The notes under the pieces were generated by a model, which ran no database searches, was not told the origin of the DNA, and saw only the letters and a program-made list of their open reading frames with translations. The translations under genes were made by a program, and so were the position numbers. Positions 12,247-25,901 of a stretch of 64,000 nt of DNA are shown here, in pieces. Source of the DNA: Octopus sinensis (Eukaryota); NCBI RefSeq assembly GCF_006345805.1, contig NC_043013.1:49662001-49726000 (forward strand), read 5' to 3'. Numbering within the stretch: the stretch's first letter is position 1; each line of letters opens with the position of its first letter.

Positions 12247-12931
12247 GAAATACAATAAGAGGCTTCCAAATAGGAAAGCCTTGTGCTAGAAAGAGCAGTA
12301 AAAAACTCAAACCACCAAATAAGGATAAATTCTCGAAAGGAATGAAAATTAAAAACGTTTACCATCTCAATTATTTCCCAGACCATAGTTTCTAACTATT
12401 TCCAGCAAAAAAATATTCACTGAAGGCCAGTTTCATAAGTGGGACAGCCTTTAGATTTCAAACATACACACAGCCAGATCCACATGTAAAACTAACTGCC
12501 TGTATATCCTAACTTTTCAGACAACTGCGCAGACGCAGATTATACCCGGCGACAGAGAGGACAAATTTATCAAAGAATATTTAAACATAATAAATTACCC
12601 TATTGTTATATATATATATCTGTAAATGTAATATGTGACAATTATTCGGTAGCCATGATAAAACCCTACATATAGAGAAGCTCTCTTCTAAGCGGGAACG
12701 GAGACGGTAATTTTGGCTCACACAAGTGAACATTCGTGAACAGTCTTGTGGATTTGGCTACCGGTTCGCCCTTAAGGAAAATATATGTGTATATATTTTT
12801 TTATTTGCGAAACCCGGAAAAAATAAAGTATTATTTATCGCTATTGAAGACAACCGGATTTTGGTTCTCCCTTCGACAATTGTATGTGACAAGATAAGAC
12901 AGACGCCCCTCAAGTGTTCTTGAGACCTTCA

Positions 12932-12938
12932 TCTTGTA

Positions 12939-12979
<41 letters not shown>

Positions 12980-12980
12980 T

Positions 12981-13075
<95 letters not shown>

Positions 13076-13078
13076 GAC
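12932..13078. repeat. (CAGA)n/(TAGA)n microsatellite
   Basis: Directly visible. Confidence 0.95.
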
Positions 13079-13592
13079 ACACTTATGTACATATATATTT
13101 ATACATATTTACATACTTTACAAGCATGCATATATTCCCTAACAGAGGCAAATGACAACATAACCGCCCAAACTCAAGCGGGACACCACTTTATGTATGA
13201 GTGTACCTGATGTGACCCACACTGCAAAATGGATGCAACACAATACGATGCACAGCATCCCACCCACCCATAAAGAGCAGTCGCAGGATAGGATGAGTCG
13301 AAACGATCATCGGACAAAATAAAGATTTATACCAAATCCATCTTGTTTACTTAATCGATAATTACCTCAACTAACACTGAAGAATTGCAGAAGTAGATGC
13401 AACAGGAATATATTCCAACAGCGGATGACATCAGATAGCCCATAACCGTGACAGTGCTTTGCTCAACACATTTGTAAACTAATTGACATATACCCATTAG
13501 TCCAAAATATTACATATGCATAAATGAGTATAAACATACATGCATAATATATGCATATCTATATGTATATTCATTATAAATGAATCACTCAC

Positions 13593-13655
<63 letters not shown>

Positions 13656-13714
13656 TATATTTATCTCTCTCTACTCTATATATATATATTTATTATATAT
13701 CTATAATATATATA

Positions 13715-13770
<56 letters not shown>

Positions 13771-13809
13771 ACACCACACGCCAACATACACACACACATA
13801 TATACAGTT

Positions 13810-14116
13810 GGAGGCACATGACCTAGTGGTTAGAGCAGCGGACTCGCGATCGAGGGATCGCGGGTTCGAATCTCAGACCGGGCGATGTGTGTATTTATGA
13901 GCGAAACACCTAAGCTCCACGCGACTCCGGCAGAAGGTAATGGCGAAACTTCTGCTGACTCTTTCGCCACAACTTTCTCTCTCTCTTTCCTCTGGCATCT
14001 TGCAGCTCACCTGCGACTGACCGGCGTCCCGTCCAGGTGAGGAACCTATACGCCAAGGAAACCGGGAAACCGGCCCTTATGAGCCAGGCATGGCTCGAGA
14101 AGGAACAAACAACAAC
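13810..14116 (+). mobile_element. SINE family B, tail type B3 (V-SINE-domain-like segment)
   Basis: B-type head variant plus cctgcgactgaccggcgtcccgtccagg segment and (CAA)n tail; second copy 46676-46978. Confidence 0.85.
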
Positions 14117-14700
14117 ATATATACAAGGCACATGGCTTAGTAGTTGAGGTATTCGGTTCATGATCGTAAAGTAGTGAGTTCGATTCCTTGGGGCGTGTTG
14201 TGTCCTTGAGCAAAACCCTAAATTTCACGTTGCTCCCCTACATTCAGCTTTATCTGTATTTCAAAGGGCAAGCCTTGTCACATTCGCCAATATATATTAC
14301 CTTATACTTGTTTCAGTCATTAGACTGCAGCCATGCTGGGGCACCGGCATGCAGAATTTTTTAGTAGAATGAATAGATCCCAGTACTTATATTTTAAAGT
14401 TACTAATTATATCGGTTAATGTTTGCTGAACCGTTACGTTACGGGAACGTAAATACATCAACACCGGCTGTTAAGCATTAGTGACATCTTGGACTCTTAG
14501 AACGTTTGCCAAGGCATAATGTGTTTCAGAAGTGCTCTTATTCGGTCACGAGTTGACTTCTATTGTGTGTTTATATGTATATGTATATATGTATGTATAT
14601 GTGTATATATGCTATTTATATATGGATATATATGTATGTATATAATATATAGATATATATATAATATATATATATCTATATATATATATATATATATATA

Positions 14701-14743
<43 letters not shown>

Positions 14744-14838
14744 AAATATAAATGTGTGTGTGTGCTAACTTATGAAATAAGCTTTATATAGTATTAGACA
14801 CACACAGATACACATACAACACCCACACACACACACAG

Positions 14839-14874
<36 letters not shown>

Positions 14875-15719
14875 GTGGTGTGTGTGTGTGTGTGTGTGGT
14901 GTGTGTTATATTGTATTATATTATACTAACAGTAATACCCGTCGTTGATCGGGTAATTACATTTACTCTTTCTCGGGACCCACAATCAAAGTGTTATTAT
15001 ATTGAGAGATTTACTCCTGTATGTGTGTATTTTATAAGAAAAAACATGTAATAATTGAAGTAGAAAAAAAGGTCAATTTCATACACGAACTTCTGTTTGT
15101 TTATTATATGACAATAATAAGTGAGTTGTATGTGTTATTTTATATATCAATACAGTAATGGCAATTATATTATACACAAGGCTTTGGTTGGCACAAAGCT
15201 GTAATGAAAGAGAATTGCACAATGTGCCGCACAGTGGAACTGAACCCAAGGCAACATGGTTGGAAAGCAAGCTTCTCGAACTCACAGCCATGCCTATAAA
15301 AGAAAGATACATTTTGGATGATATATTCCTTGATACAATATGGTTAACAAAAAGATGGGTTATTTAGGCGGGAAGACCTTTGATTTTAATATTTCCTCGA
15401 GCAACGCAACAACTAACAACGCTTCACCATTCAGGGTGTTGCACAGGATTGGAAACGGGAAACATTAACAGGGCACCTCCGGAGAATGGATGAATGGGTT
15501 TGTTGTGCCTTTACCCAGACGCACACACACACACGCACATGGCCCGATGGATCTATTTCCTTCACAGTTAAGTTCAAACCTAACACCATTTCCAAGCATC
15601 ATTGCCACCACAGCCACCTTCTGCAGTTTGGCTTGGACTTTGTATTGCAAAAATGGTTGTTGTCCCCGGCCCCCCGTATGTTTTGTGTGGTCGGAATATG
15701 TAAAAGAAATATGTGGGTG

Positions 15720-16320
15720 TTGTATGGATGTGTATGTATGTATGTATGTATGTATGATGGTGTGTGGTTGTATTGTGTGTGTATGTATGTATGGTGTATT
15801 GTATGTGTATGTTGTATATATGTATGTGTGTATGTATATGTATGTTGTATGATGTATGTATGTAGTAGGTATGTATGTATGTATGTGTGTGTGTATGTGT
15901 ATGTATGTTATGTATGGATGGAGGATGGATGGATGGATGGATGGATGGATGTGTGTATGTATGTATGTATGATGTATATATGTCTATGTATGTATGTATG
16001 TATGTAAGTATGTATGTACGTACTTATGTGTGTGTGTATGTATGTATGTATGTATATATGTATGTATGTGTATATGTACACATGCATAGATAGATGGATA
16101 GATACATACATACATACATACATACATACATACATACATACATACATACATACATACATACATAGATCACAGCATCCACTTTTAAATGGGGATAGATATT
16201 TTCTTTTGGTATTAATAGTGCTTCCGTCGCTATTAATTAGACGTATGTATGTATGTGTGTATGTATGTATGTGTGTATGTATGTGAGTGTGTGTGCGTAT
16301 GTATGTATATTTGTGTTTAT
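15720..16320. repeat. (TATG)n/(TGGA)n/(TACA)n microsatellite block
   Basis: Directly visible. Confidence 0.95.
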
Positions 16321-16394
16321 CCTCCGTCACCGCTGGACATCTGGTGTTGGTTTGTTGATGTCTCCATCACTTAGCGTTTCGTACAAGGGTAAGT

Positions 16395-16680
16395 ACAAGG
16401 TTTAAAAATTCAACGAATTCTCTTGGCCTTTTAGTTGTTCCACAAGGCAGAGTTAACGCCAAGGAGTACCTGGATATTTTGGCTGATCGTATCTATCCAA
16501 TAATAGAAACTTTGTCCCCTGGTGGTAGTACATTCTTCCAAGGTGAGTTCATGTGTGATTCAGCGGCCAGTGTTATTCAAAACTGATACAAAAGCACAAA
16601 ATTGAAGTGGATAGATCTCCCCCGCCGTCAGTCACCGAATCTCAATATAATCGAAGATTTATACTGCATTTCAGAACATC
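16395..16680 (+). mobile_element. Tc1-like transposase relic
   Basis: NSLGLLVVPQGRVNAKEYLDILADRIYPII...TFFQ...QSPNLNIIEDL, with stops. Confidence 0.75.
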
Positions 16681-17400
16681 AGGTGACTTAAATATATATG
16701 CGTGCGTGTAGGGGGTGCGTGTGTGTGTTTGTGCATTTGTGTTTGTGTGTATGTAAGTAGGCATACATTTTAGTGTGTCTATGTTTACATCTACAGCATA
16801 AAAATTAGGTGCCGTGTGTGTCCTGTAATTCAACAATTTGTCACACAGACTGAGAACCAGAATGACATAAGTATTAGGCCGACATAACCGACAAAACCCA
16901 TGAAAATTGTGACGAATGAATGAATATTGTGTCTGTGTGTGTGTGTGTGTTTCTCTGTTTCCGTATACATTCATATATACATGCATGCATACATATATCT
17001 ATGCATGCATACACGTGCATGTATATACATACAAACACACAAACATTCGCATACTTTTGTGTGTGTGCGTGTGTGTGCATATGTGTGAGCGTGTGTGCGT
17101 GTGTGCATGTGTGTGTGCATGTGTGTGTGTACGTGTGTGTGTATGTGTGTGTGTGTTTCTGTTTTGACTCACATCCCTTTCTCACATGACTTCACAATTA
17201 ACAATTGGTGTTAATTTGGTCACGGCCCTTTTAAGTTAGCTGTTCAGCAAAAAGACCCCCACCTCACGTTGCAAGTAAGTACTGAGATCAATTTGATCGA
17301 CTAAAACTTCCAGGGCAGTGCACCAGTACAGCTGCAGTTTAATGCCTGCAACAAGTAAAAGAATAAACACATACACACAAATACATATTTATTATAATAT

Positions 17401-17702
17401 CACCGTGACTGACCAGGCTATCAGATGTTGCTACACATCGCTGGTCACAATGCGTTTCGCATTGTTTTAGCCTTTAAATGACACCACCCCGCTGGCTAAG
17501 CGGGCAGGCCAACAGAAGAAAGAGTGAGAGAAAGTTGCGGCGAAAGAGTACAGTAGGGATTGCCACCACCCCCTGCCGGAGCCTCGTGGAGCTTTAGGTG
17601 TTTTCGCTCAATAAACACTCACAATGCCTAGTCTAGGAATCGAAACCGTGATCCTATGACCGCGAGTCCGCTGCCCTAACCACTGGGCCATTGCGCCTCC
17701 AC
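17401..17702 (-). mobile_element. SINE family B, tail type B1
   Basis: Reverse-complement match to 5341-5633; partial B1 tail also at 33794-33905. Confidence 0.9.
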
Positions 17703-17879
17703 ATTTATATAATATAGTGTCTGATATTCTTGCACATTACTGCAAGAAGTAGTACAGTGCAGTATGTAGTATAGTTATGTTCGGGCTAAATTTGACAGTT
17801 TGCAGAAAAGGAAAATAAAACAATATCCCACCCAAAAATAAACTATTTTAAAACATCAAAAAATATCAACTAGATTATG

Positions 17880-18900
17880 ATTGGCAGATAACAGTTTACT
17901 CAGAGCAGCCGCCTTCAGCTTCCACCACAGCTTGAAGACAACTCCGAAATCTGGTACATGCATTCCTTACAGTATCCCTGAGAAGATCTTCGAACACTTC
18001 TTTGATCATGGCAACCAGCTCGGCCTTGGTGTCTTTCTCAACTGCGCCACACACGTAATAAATCCTTGGGATTACAATCGGGGAAGTAAAGAAGCCAGGA
18101 ATCGGGGACAGTAAAGTTGTAGAAAATCTCCAACAACCATCTCTGATTCTTTCAGGAGGTATGTGTTTCTTTATTACCCACAAGGGGCTAAACATAGAAG
18201 AGACAAACAAGGACAGACAAATGGATTAAGTCGATTACATCGACACCAGTGCGTAACTGGTACTTAATTTATCGACCCCGAAAGGATGAAAGGCAAAGTC
18301 GACTTTCGTTACGTCCTGGGTTCAAATTCCGCCGAGGTCGACTTTGCCTTTCATCCTTTCGGGGTCGATAAATTAAGTACCAGTTGCACACTGGAGTCGA
18401 TATAATCGACTTAATCCGTTGGTCTGTCCTTGTTTATCCCCTCTGTGTTTAGCCCCTTGTGGGTAGTAGAGAAATAGGTATGGCCTTCCAGCAGCAGCCC
18501 TCTCAAGTCAGGGATGGTCTGCAGTGTCCAGCAGTTTCATGGCTGTCTGAATTGAGCCTAAAACCCCGCTCAAAGACGTGGGGTGGTATGACGTCACTCA
18601 CAGAACACTTGTTGTCTCTTTCTGCTGAGCACAGCTTTGTAGTCTCTGTTTGCAGCTGTCCATGTCACGTCTCAAGTACTTTACAGTGTTCACAGAGCGC
18701 TAAGCAGCAGTCATAGAATCGTCCTCACTTTGACACCCGCTGCGAATCATCACAATGCAGGAAACTCTTTTCCAATATTCTGATGTGTTCCAGAACCGTC
18801 ATGTCAGCTAGCTTTTTCTCAGTTACAAATTTAAGCTTTATACCCTCCAATGTCATTGACTGTTCACCAATGCATCAAGCTGTTCCTAAAAGAAGGGGAC
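17880..18900 (-). mobile_element. Mariner-like (probably DD37D/maT-type) transposase relic, internally deleted and SINE-interrupted
   Basis: C-terminus YYVCGAVEKDT...KAELVAMIKEVFEDL...FRSCLQAVVEAEGG; N-terminal SGCQSEDDSMTAA*RSVNTVKYLRRDMDSC. Confidence 0.7.
18166..18476. mobile_element. Inverted (tails-out) pair of SINE-C bodies
   Basis: 18166-18303 is approximately the reverse complement of 18337-18474; 33-nt spacer. Confidence 0.88.
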
Positions 18901-19179
18901 ATTAGAAAAGTCGTCAAATTTAACCTGAATACCTAGTATTGTTTCCTGCTCATATATCTCAATGTACATTTATATATGGCTGTTGATGAGTATACACACA
19001 CACACACACACCACATACACACACATACATGTGTGTGAATGTATGTAATTAACCAAAATTCAAAGAGTGGGGGAAAATATTTATTCCATTTGTTAACAAT
19101 TGTTTCGTCATCTATATCCAGTTACATCAGTGATTCTAAAACGTCGTTCACACATATAAATGTACACGCAAGTGCATAT

Positions 19180-19228
<49 letters not shown>

Positions 19229-19329
19229 AACGTATACAAACACACACACACATACACAAATACACACAAATGCGGTAACATAATGAATCAGATTTCTCAC
19301 TGGAAGATTTCATGAACAGTAGACATTTA

Positions 19330-19730
19330 GCTGTGCTAAATCAAGCGAAGTTGTCTCATTATATAGCAATAAACTTGAGATATATTTGTTAAGCTACAAA
19401 CATTTCAGATCCCAGAATGCAGTGGAAGGCCATATGTGTGTCAACTAGACTATGTACCTTCTCGCAAAAACCATATAACCCAAGAATAGAATCAGACAAC
19501 CGTTATGGTCATTTTACACCAAATTTATGGTCACCTAACTCACCAGGTTTAAATCATTTGGAGAGTTGTTAAAAGGGAGACTAATCGACATCCTCACTCT
19601 AAGTCGCCATTTTCCAAGTGATGTCCTAAATTAATAAGGACAATTTACAGCAGACACGTTAATGACTTCTACTGAATTGAAGCAGTTATCAAATCAGAAG
19701 GTTGATTCATAGAACAAATTTATAAGAAAA
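19330..19730 (+). mobile_element. Mariner-like transposase C-terminal relic
   Basis: Degenerate GRPYV.QQDSAPS, HFTPNLWSPNSPGLN, RETNRHPH and IEAVIKSEG motifs. Confidence 0.65.
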
Positions 19731-19869
19731 CTTAAAGAGAGCACAAACTTTTATTAAAATACATTTGATTTTTGTTAGATTGGAGTTGTTTTCTGAAACT
19801 ACCAAATATGTATAGCAATACCTCTTGCACCTATGTGTGTATGTGTATAAATATATATGTTGTTGTGTG

Positions 19870-20136
<267 letters not shown>

Positions 20137-20665
20137 GGGAGAGTTTACGAAAAAAAACAAAAGACGAAGAAAGGTGGTGTACAAAACCAACAAATGTTTT
20201 GGTATAACGCTCAGGAATAGAAAAAAGTATTTAACGTTTCGAGCCTACGCTCTTCTACAGAATGGGACACAGAAAAAACAAGGAGAGAAAAAAATGCGTG
20301 TAGTGGCTAACGATCTATCATGGCGACTATATATATATGTGTGTTGTGTGTGTAATATACATATATATATACATGTATGATATGTGCGCGTGTGTGTGTG
20401 TGTGTGGTGTGTGTATTTGTGTGTATGTGTGTGTATAAGGAAGATGAAGGGTTGAAAATTCGCTAAATTTTAAACGTAAATATGTTTATTTGAAGAAAGC
20501 AAGTTTTATTTTTAATATAGCCTAACTGAATAAATTTTGGTGCATGTTTTAGCGCAAAGGGTTTTATAGAAAAATCATATTTTACTGGCCGGGACCGGTT
20601 TCCAAGTCGTTTGGCTTAACGAAGTTCAAAGTATGCATCTTCATACATTTTAAGACCATGAGCTA

Positions 20666-21045
20666 CTCTCCTTTACTCCTTTACTTGTTTCAGTCATTTG
20701 ACTGCGGCCATGCTGGAGCACAGCCTTTAGTCGAGCAACTCGACCCCAGTACTTATTCTATCGGTCTCTTTTTGCCGAACCGCTAAGTGACGGGGACGTA
20801 AACACACTAGCATCGGTTGTCAAGCAATGCTAGCGGAACAAACACAAACACACACACATACATTTATATATATACATATATACGACAGGCTTCTTTCAGT
20901 TTCCGTCTACCAAATCCACTCACAAGGCATTGGTTGGCCCGGGGCTATAGCAGAAGACACTTGCCCAAGATGCCACGCAGTGGGACTGAACCCGGAACCA
21001 TGTGGTTGGTTAGCAAGCTACTTACCACACAGCCACTCCTGCGCC
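20666..21045 (-). mobile_element. SINE family A
   Basis: Reverse-complement match to 159-576. Confidence 0.92.
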
Positions 21046-21508
21046 TATATGAACTAAAATTTATTTAGTAAAACATTTTTAACGAGACCATTTTTGTAAT
21101 TTGTAATTTTCTCTCACTCTTTCGTTTTGCGTTGATTGTGTAAACCTCACACGTGGAAACATACACAAGTATTTTTACAGCAAAACTGTTATATATGAAG
21201 ACATTTGTTATGTGAAAACATATTTTTGCTTTCATATATATAAATATATGATAAAAAATATTGACCTACGAAGAAATAAAATACGTTTTCTTCAAACAAA
21301 ACGTGTATACAAAAATTTAGCCTATCTTCAACCCATATCATTTTCATGTGTGTGTGTGAGTGTGTGTGTGTGTGTGGAGAGAGAGAGGGATAGAGGGAGA
21401 GAAGAGGAGAGGGAAAGAGGGATGCGCCGTACTGCTTTCACACAAATTTCCTGTTTTTCATCAAATTCATCCACAAGGCATTGGCCGGCCTGAGACTATA
21501 TGCTAGAG

Positions 21509-21727
21509 CAGTGCTTTTCAACCTTTTTGCCAGAGCGGAACCCCAGGGAAACCTTCCACTGGCTCGAGGAACCCCTGTGCAATAATTTAATAGTCTTATG
21601 CACACATATCTACACAGGAGAATTATAAATTACTGTCAATTTTAGCATTTTTGTAACTTCTTGCGGAACCCCTGGACTGTACTGGCGGAACCCTAAGATT
21701 CCGCGTAACCCTGGTTGAAAACCACTG
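21509..21727. mobile_element. hAT (Charlie-like) MITE inserted in a SINE-A relic
   Basis: 15-bp TIR cagtgcttttcaacc/ggttgaaaaccactg (1 mismatch); 8-bp TSD tgctagag (21501-21508 and 21728-21735). Confidence 0.92.
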
Positions 21728-22026
21728 TGCTAGAGCCTCGATCGGAGCATTGGCACTGAACCCGAAGTCACATGGTTGCGAAGCGATCTTCTGAGCCATG
21801 TTTATATATACATACATGCACACATACATACACATTCATACAAATATACATACATTCAAATATATATATATATATACATACACACACATACGCACATATA
21901 CGGCAACGTGAAGCTCTGAGTAACAGCTTTTGTTATATTTCTGCTGCTTTTAAATAAAGCATATTACTCTACCTCTGGTATTTGAGTAATCTTTTTTCCA
22001 CCTGTTTCACATTATGTGCTTACTCC

Positions 22027-22065
<39 letters not shown>

Positions 22066-22105
22066 TATATATATATTATATATATATATATATATATACA
22101 TATTC

Positions 22106-22326
22106 TATTTCTTTACTACCCACAAGGGGCTAAACTCAGAGGGGACAAACAGGGACAGACAAACGGATTAAGTCGATTACATCGACCACAGTGCGTAACT
22201 GGTACTTAATCTATCGACCCCGAAAGGATGAACGGTAAAGTCGACCTCGGCGGAATTTGAACTCAGAATGTAGCGGCAGACCGCTAAGCATTTCGCCCGG
22301 CGTGCCAACGTTTCTGCCAGCTCCCC
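22106..22326 (-). mobile_element. SINE family C, single unit with head
   Basis: Matches 49846-50623 and 57860-58090. Confidence 0.88.
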
Positions 22327-22507
22327 GTCATATATCGTCAGTGGATCATATATCCGGAAAAAAACGCACTCTAAAAGTTAAATATATGTCCGGTTATATA
22401 TATTTATGGGTGCGAAACAGCTGGTCACTCTATGAGAGGTCATACATTTAACTTCATATACATACACACACACACCACAACACATAAAAAAAAGAGAGAG
22501 GGGGTGA

Positions 22508-22607
22508 NNNNNNNNNNNNNNNNNNNNNNNNNNNNNNNNNNNNNNNNNNNNNNNNNNNNNNNNNNNNNNNNNNNNNNNNNNNNNNNNNNNNNNNNNNNNN
22601 NNNNNNN
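22508..22607. other. Assembly gap (100 N)
   Basis: Run of N. Confidence 1.
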
Positions 22608-23700
22608 GCGACGAGGGTTTCGAAACTCACATACGTTATTTAACAATTTGTTCGTGATACAACTTGTTAAATGATGGAAGACCTATTAGCTTCTATAATA
22701 CAGTTGCAAAAACAATAACAACAACAGCAACCGGAGTCGCAGAAGCAACTAGTACAACCACAACAATAATTATTGGAGTTTTAAAATGCGGTAAGTTCGT
22801 TTTCGCCGGACGGTGTATTGCACTCCATAACAGAATTCAGTTATAGCCCAGAGGAGGGTGTATCTTTTGCAGCATACTACAGAAGGTACGAGGAAATTTT
22901 GAAGGAGGATTGCAAAACATGGTCAGACGAAGAAAAAGTAGGGTTATTATTACGTAAATTAGCTCCGTCTGAGCATGAACTGTAATTTCATATTACCCAA
23001 AAAGTCTAGTGAAATTTGTTTTCAAGAAAATTAAATTACTGTCTGACTTGTTCGGTGATAAAACTTCTCTATTTAACACTCGAATGGAGTTTTGGAATTT
23101 AACTAAAAAGAGGGTGGTGACTTTATTACGCATGCAGGAACAGTCAACAGAATGTGTGACAGTTTTAAACTTAAAGAACTTACTCCTGAAATGTTTTGAA
23201 CAAAGCTTTACAGCAAATGAAGATACAGAAATACGGGCAAGAAATCTTTCAAAATGTGAACGAGATTTAGCCTTACTGACTGTTGCAGAACAGTGTCAAA
23301 GGATGAAAAGGATTTCGCCAAATTACAGATACGTCGACCGAGAAAGTATAACCAAAGAATGTTACCAATGTGTGGGCCTACATTTCAGAAAAGATTGTCC
23401 TTTTAAAAACCAAAAATGTTACAGTTGTCAAAAATTTGGACACAGGAGTTCACACTGCAGGACAAAAGTACGAAGGTCAAATGTAAAAAATGCTAAAGTT
23501 TTCTCAGCAGAAAGTAAAATCGACTTCCAAATAAGGAAATTTGTACACATAAAAGTAAATGGAGTAAATACTCAATTACAACTGGACACTGGTAGTGACA
23601 TTTCAATCATTAACACCGACACGTGAAAGAAAATAAGAAAACCTATGTTAAGAAAACAGCGAAAATTGCACGTGGTGACAAACTACTCTTGATTTCGCCT
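22608..23700 (+). mobile_element. Ty3/Gypsy LTR retrotransposon relic (PBS remnant, gag, zinc knuckles, aspartic protease)
   Basis: GCGACGAGG right after the gap; gag from ATG 22671/22674 (ITEFSYSPEEGVSFAAYYRRYEE) with stops; CYQC...H...C and CYSCQKFGHRSSHC; LQLDTGSDISII. Confidence 0.88.
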
Positions 23701-24443
23701 ACACTTTGTAGCCATGATGCTAAAATAGTCAGCCTTCATGGCTTCATTAATGCTTTGCCTCCTGATGACCTTTGCAAGACATTCAATCAATTGATTCTGG
23801 ATAACAGGAGATAAATATGTGGCATTCTTTGGTGCAGTTTCCAGAAAGGCCACAAATTGAGGATAATCTTTTGCTTTCCACTTAATAAAAAAATTGAAAT
23901 TACTGTCTTCTTCCTTCTTCTCATGGGACTAGCTTCCTCTAAGTGAAATTCCTCTTTACGCAAAGAAAGTGATTATACTAAGAATGCATAAAAGAGCTAA
24001 TCTGTTCTTTTTAACTCGCTTTAGAAAGATGTTTTGTGATTGATTCCTTTTCTTCTTGGCATATCATCAAAAAGCCATTTTCATTGCTCCTTCATGGATT
24101 CAGTCTTTTCATGACGAGTTAGAAACCCTCTTTTTGACCATGGAGTTAACTTCTTTTAGATGAACTGTAAAAGAACTGGAGAGGTTTGTCTGCTCCGGTT
24201 CCGTTGGAGGAAGTTTTGAGTGATTTTTTCTGAAGGCAATTCCATCAGATGCTAATTAAATCCATTGCTGGAACCTTGAAACCTGCTACCATTCCGGGCC
24301 GGGCCGGAGTAGACCTGGAAACAATAATGGCGAATACGTGGTTCCACACTTCTCAAAATCCCGGAACTCCCTAATCGGGACCCCACGACCAAATACGGTC
24401 TAAAGGTAGCCGAGACATATATAAATACCATATATATATATAG

Positions 24444-24880
24444 ATGGGTGTGTGTGTGTGTGTCTGTCTGTCTGTGTGTGTCTGTCTGTGTGTGTCTGTC
24501 TCTGTGTGTCTTTCTCTGTGTGTGGTGTGTGTGTGTGTGTGTGTGGTGTGTGTGTGTGTGTGCAGCTTCAGAAAGAAGAAGAAAGAAAAAGAAAGAAAGA
24601 AAAAAGAAAGAAAGAAAGAAAAAAAGAAAGAAAGAAAGAAAGAAAGAAGAAGAAAGAAGGGAAGAAAGAAATAGAAGGAAAGAAAGAAGAAAGAAGAAAA
24701 AAAAAAGAAAGAAAGAAAAAAGAAGAAGAGAAAAAAGAAAGAAGAAAGAAAAAAGAAGAAAGAAGAAGAGAAAAAGAAGAAAGAAAAAAGAAAGAAAGAA
24801 GGAAAAAGAAAGAAGAAGAAGAAGAAGAAGGAAAGAAAGAAAGAAAGAAAGAAGAGGAAAGAAAGAAAGAAAGAAAGAAA

Positions 24881-24911
<31 letters not shown>

Positions 24912-24935
24912 AGGAAAAAGAGAAAGAAAGAAAGT
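24444..24935. repeat. (TG/TC)n tract followed by a ~370-bp almost pure purine (GAAA/GAA) tract
   Basis: Directly visible. Confidence 0.95.
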
Positions 24936-25901
24936 AAGTAATGTATATAACTGTGTTGGTAAAGCAGATTATTTTTTCGAGCTTTAAATGTTTCGTGCAG
25001 TAGTCCTTAGTCAATCGTTCCTATCGGTAAGTTTGCATGGCCAGCATCATCCCCAGAAAATCTTTAGGTATGAGGAAGTAATCCGGTTTTCAAAACCTAA
25101 CTATTATACTCTCTCTATATTTCTAACACAGGTGTTTATCGAACATATATGTGAACCGATCGGCTTCCACACGGTTTCCGTTTACCAAATTCCATTCACA
25201 AGATATGAACCAACTTAGAGGCTGTGACAGAAAAACTTGCTCAAGTTCTCGTACAGTATGATCGAACGTGAAACTACGTGATAGGCAGAACTTTTTAAGT
25301 ACTCGGCCTTACTAATTATCATAAGATATCCACGCATCAAGTGAATGTATCCTTATTTCTATTTACAAAAGACAGTGAAAGCCGAAGGTAGCGATGATAG
25401 ATTCCGATGTGCTGAAGTAAGCAAAAAAATAAAGCAAAACATTTTTACAAGCTTCGGCAAACCCCTGTTGGACCAGTTCTATCAACAGAACCAGTCTTCG
25501 GAACTCAAGAACACTACAATCACCAACACAGATATCGCAATATTGCAATTCAACAAATAAATATAGATGTATCCAAAAAAATTATGGTACAAGGAACATA
25601 AAAAATAAACCCTCTCTCCCATTACAAGCCGATAAATACAAAAGACAACCTCAAACACGATTCAAGAAAATAAGAAAGGAAATAATAGAAAAAACAGCAG
25701 ACAGACAGATGCCTGCATTCAACATGAACTAAAGGACGAACAATAAAACAGAGAGTGATTCGAAGCATCAACAACAAAGACCACAATACTGACCATGCAG
25801 CCATAAAACAACACCAATAAACAGTTATTGGACATTACTCGTAAACTAAAACACTTGTATTGGTCTAATTCAACGCTTTCCACGAGCATTGTAGTTATTA
25901 G

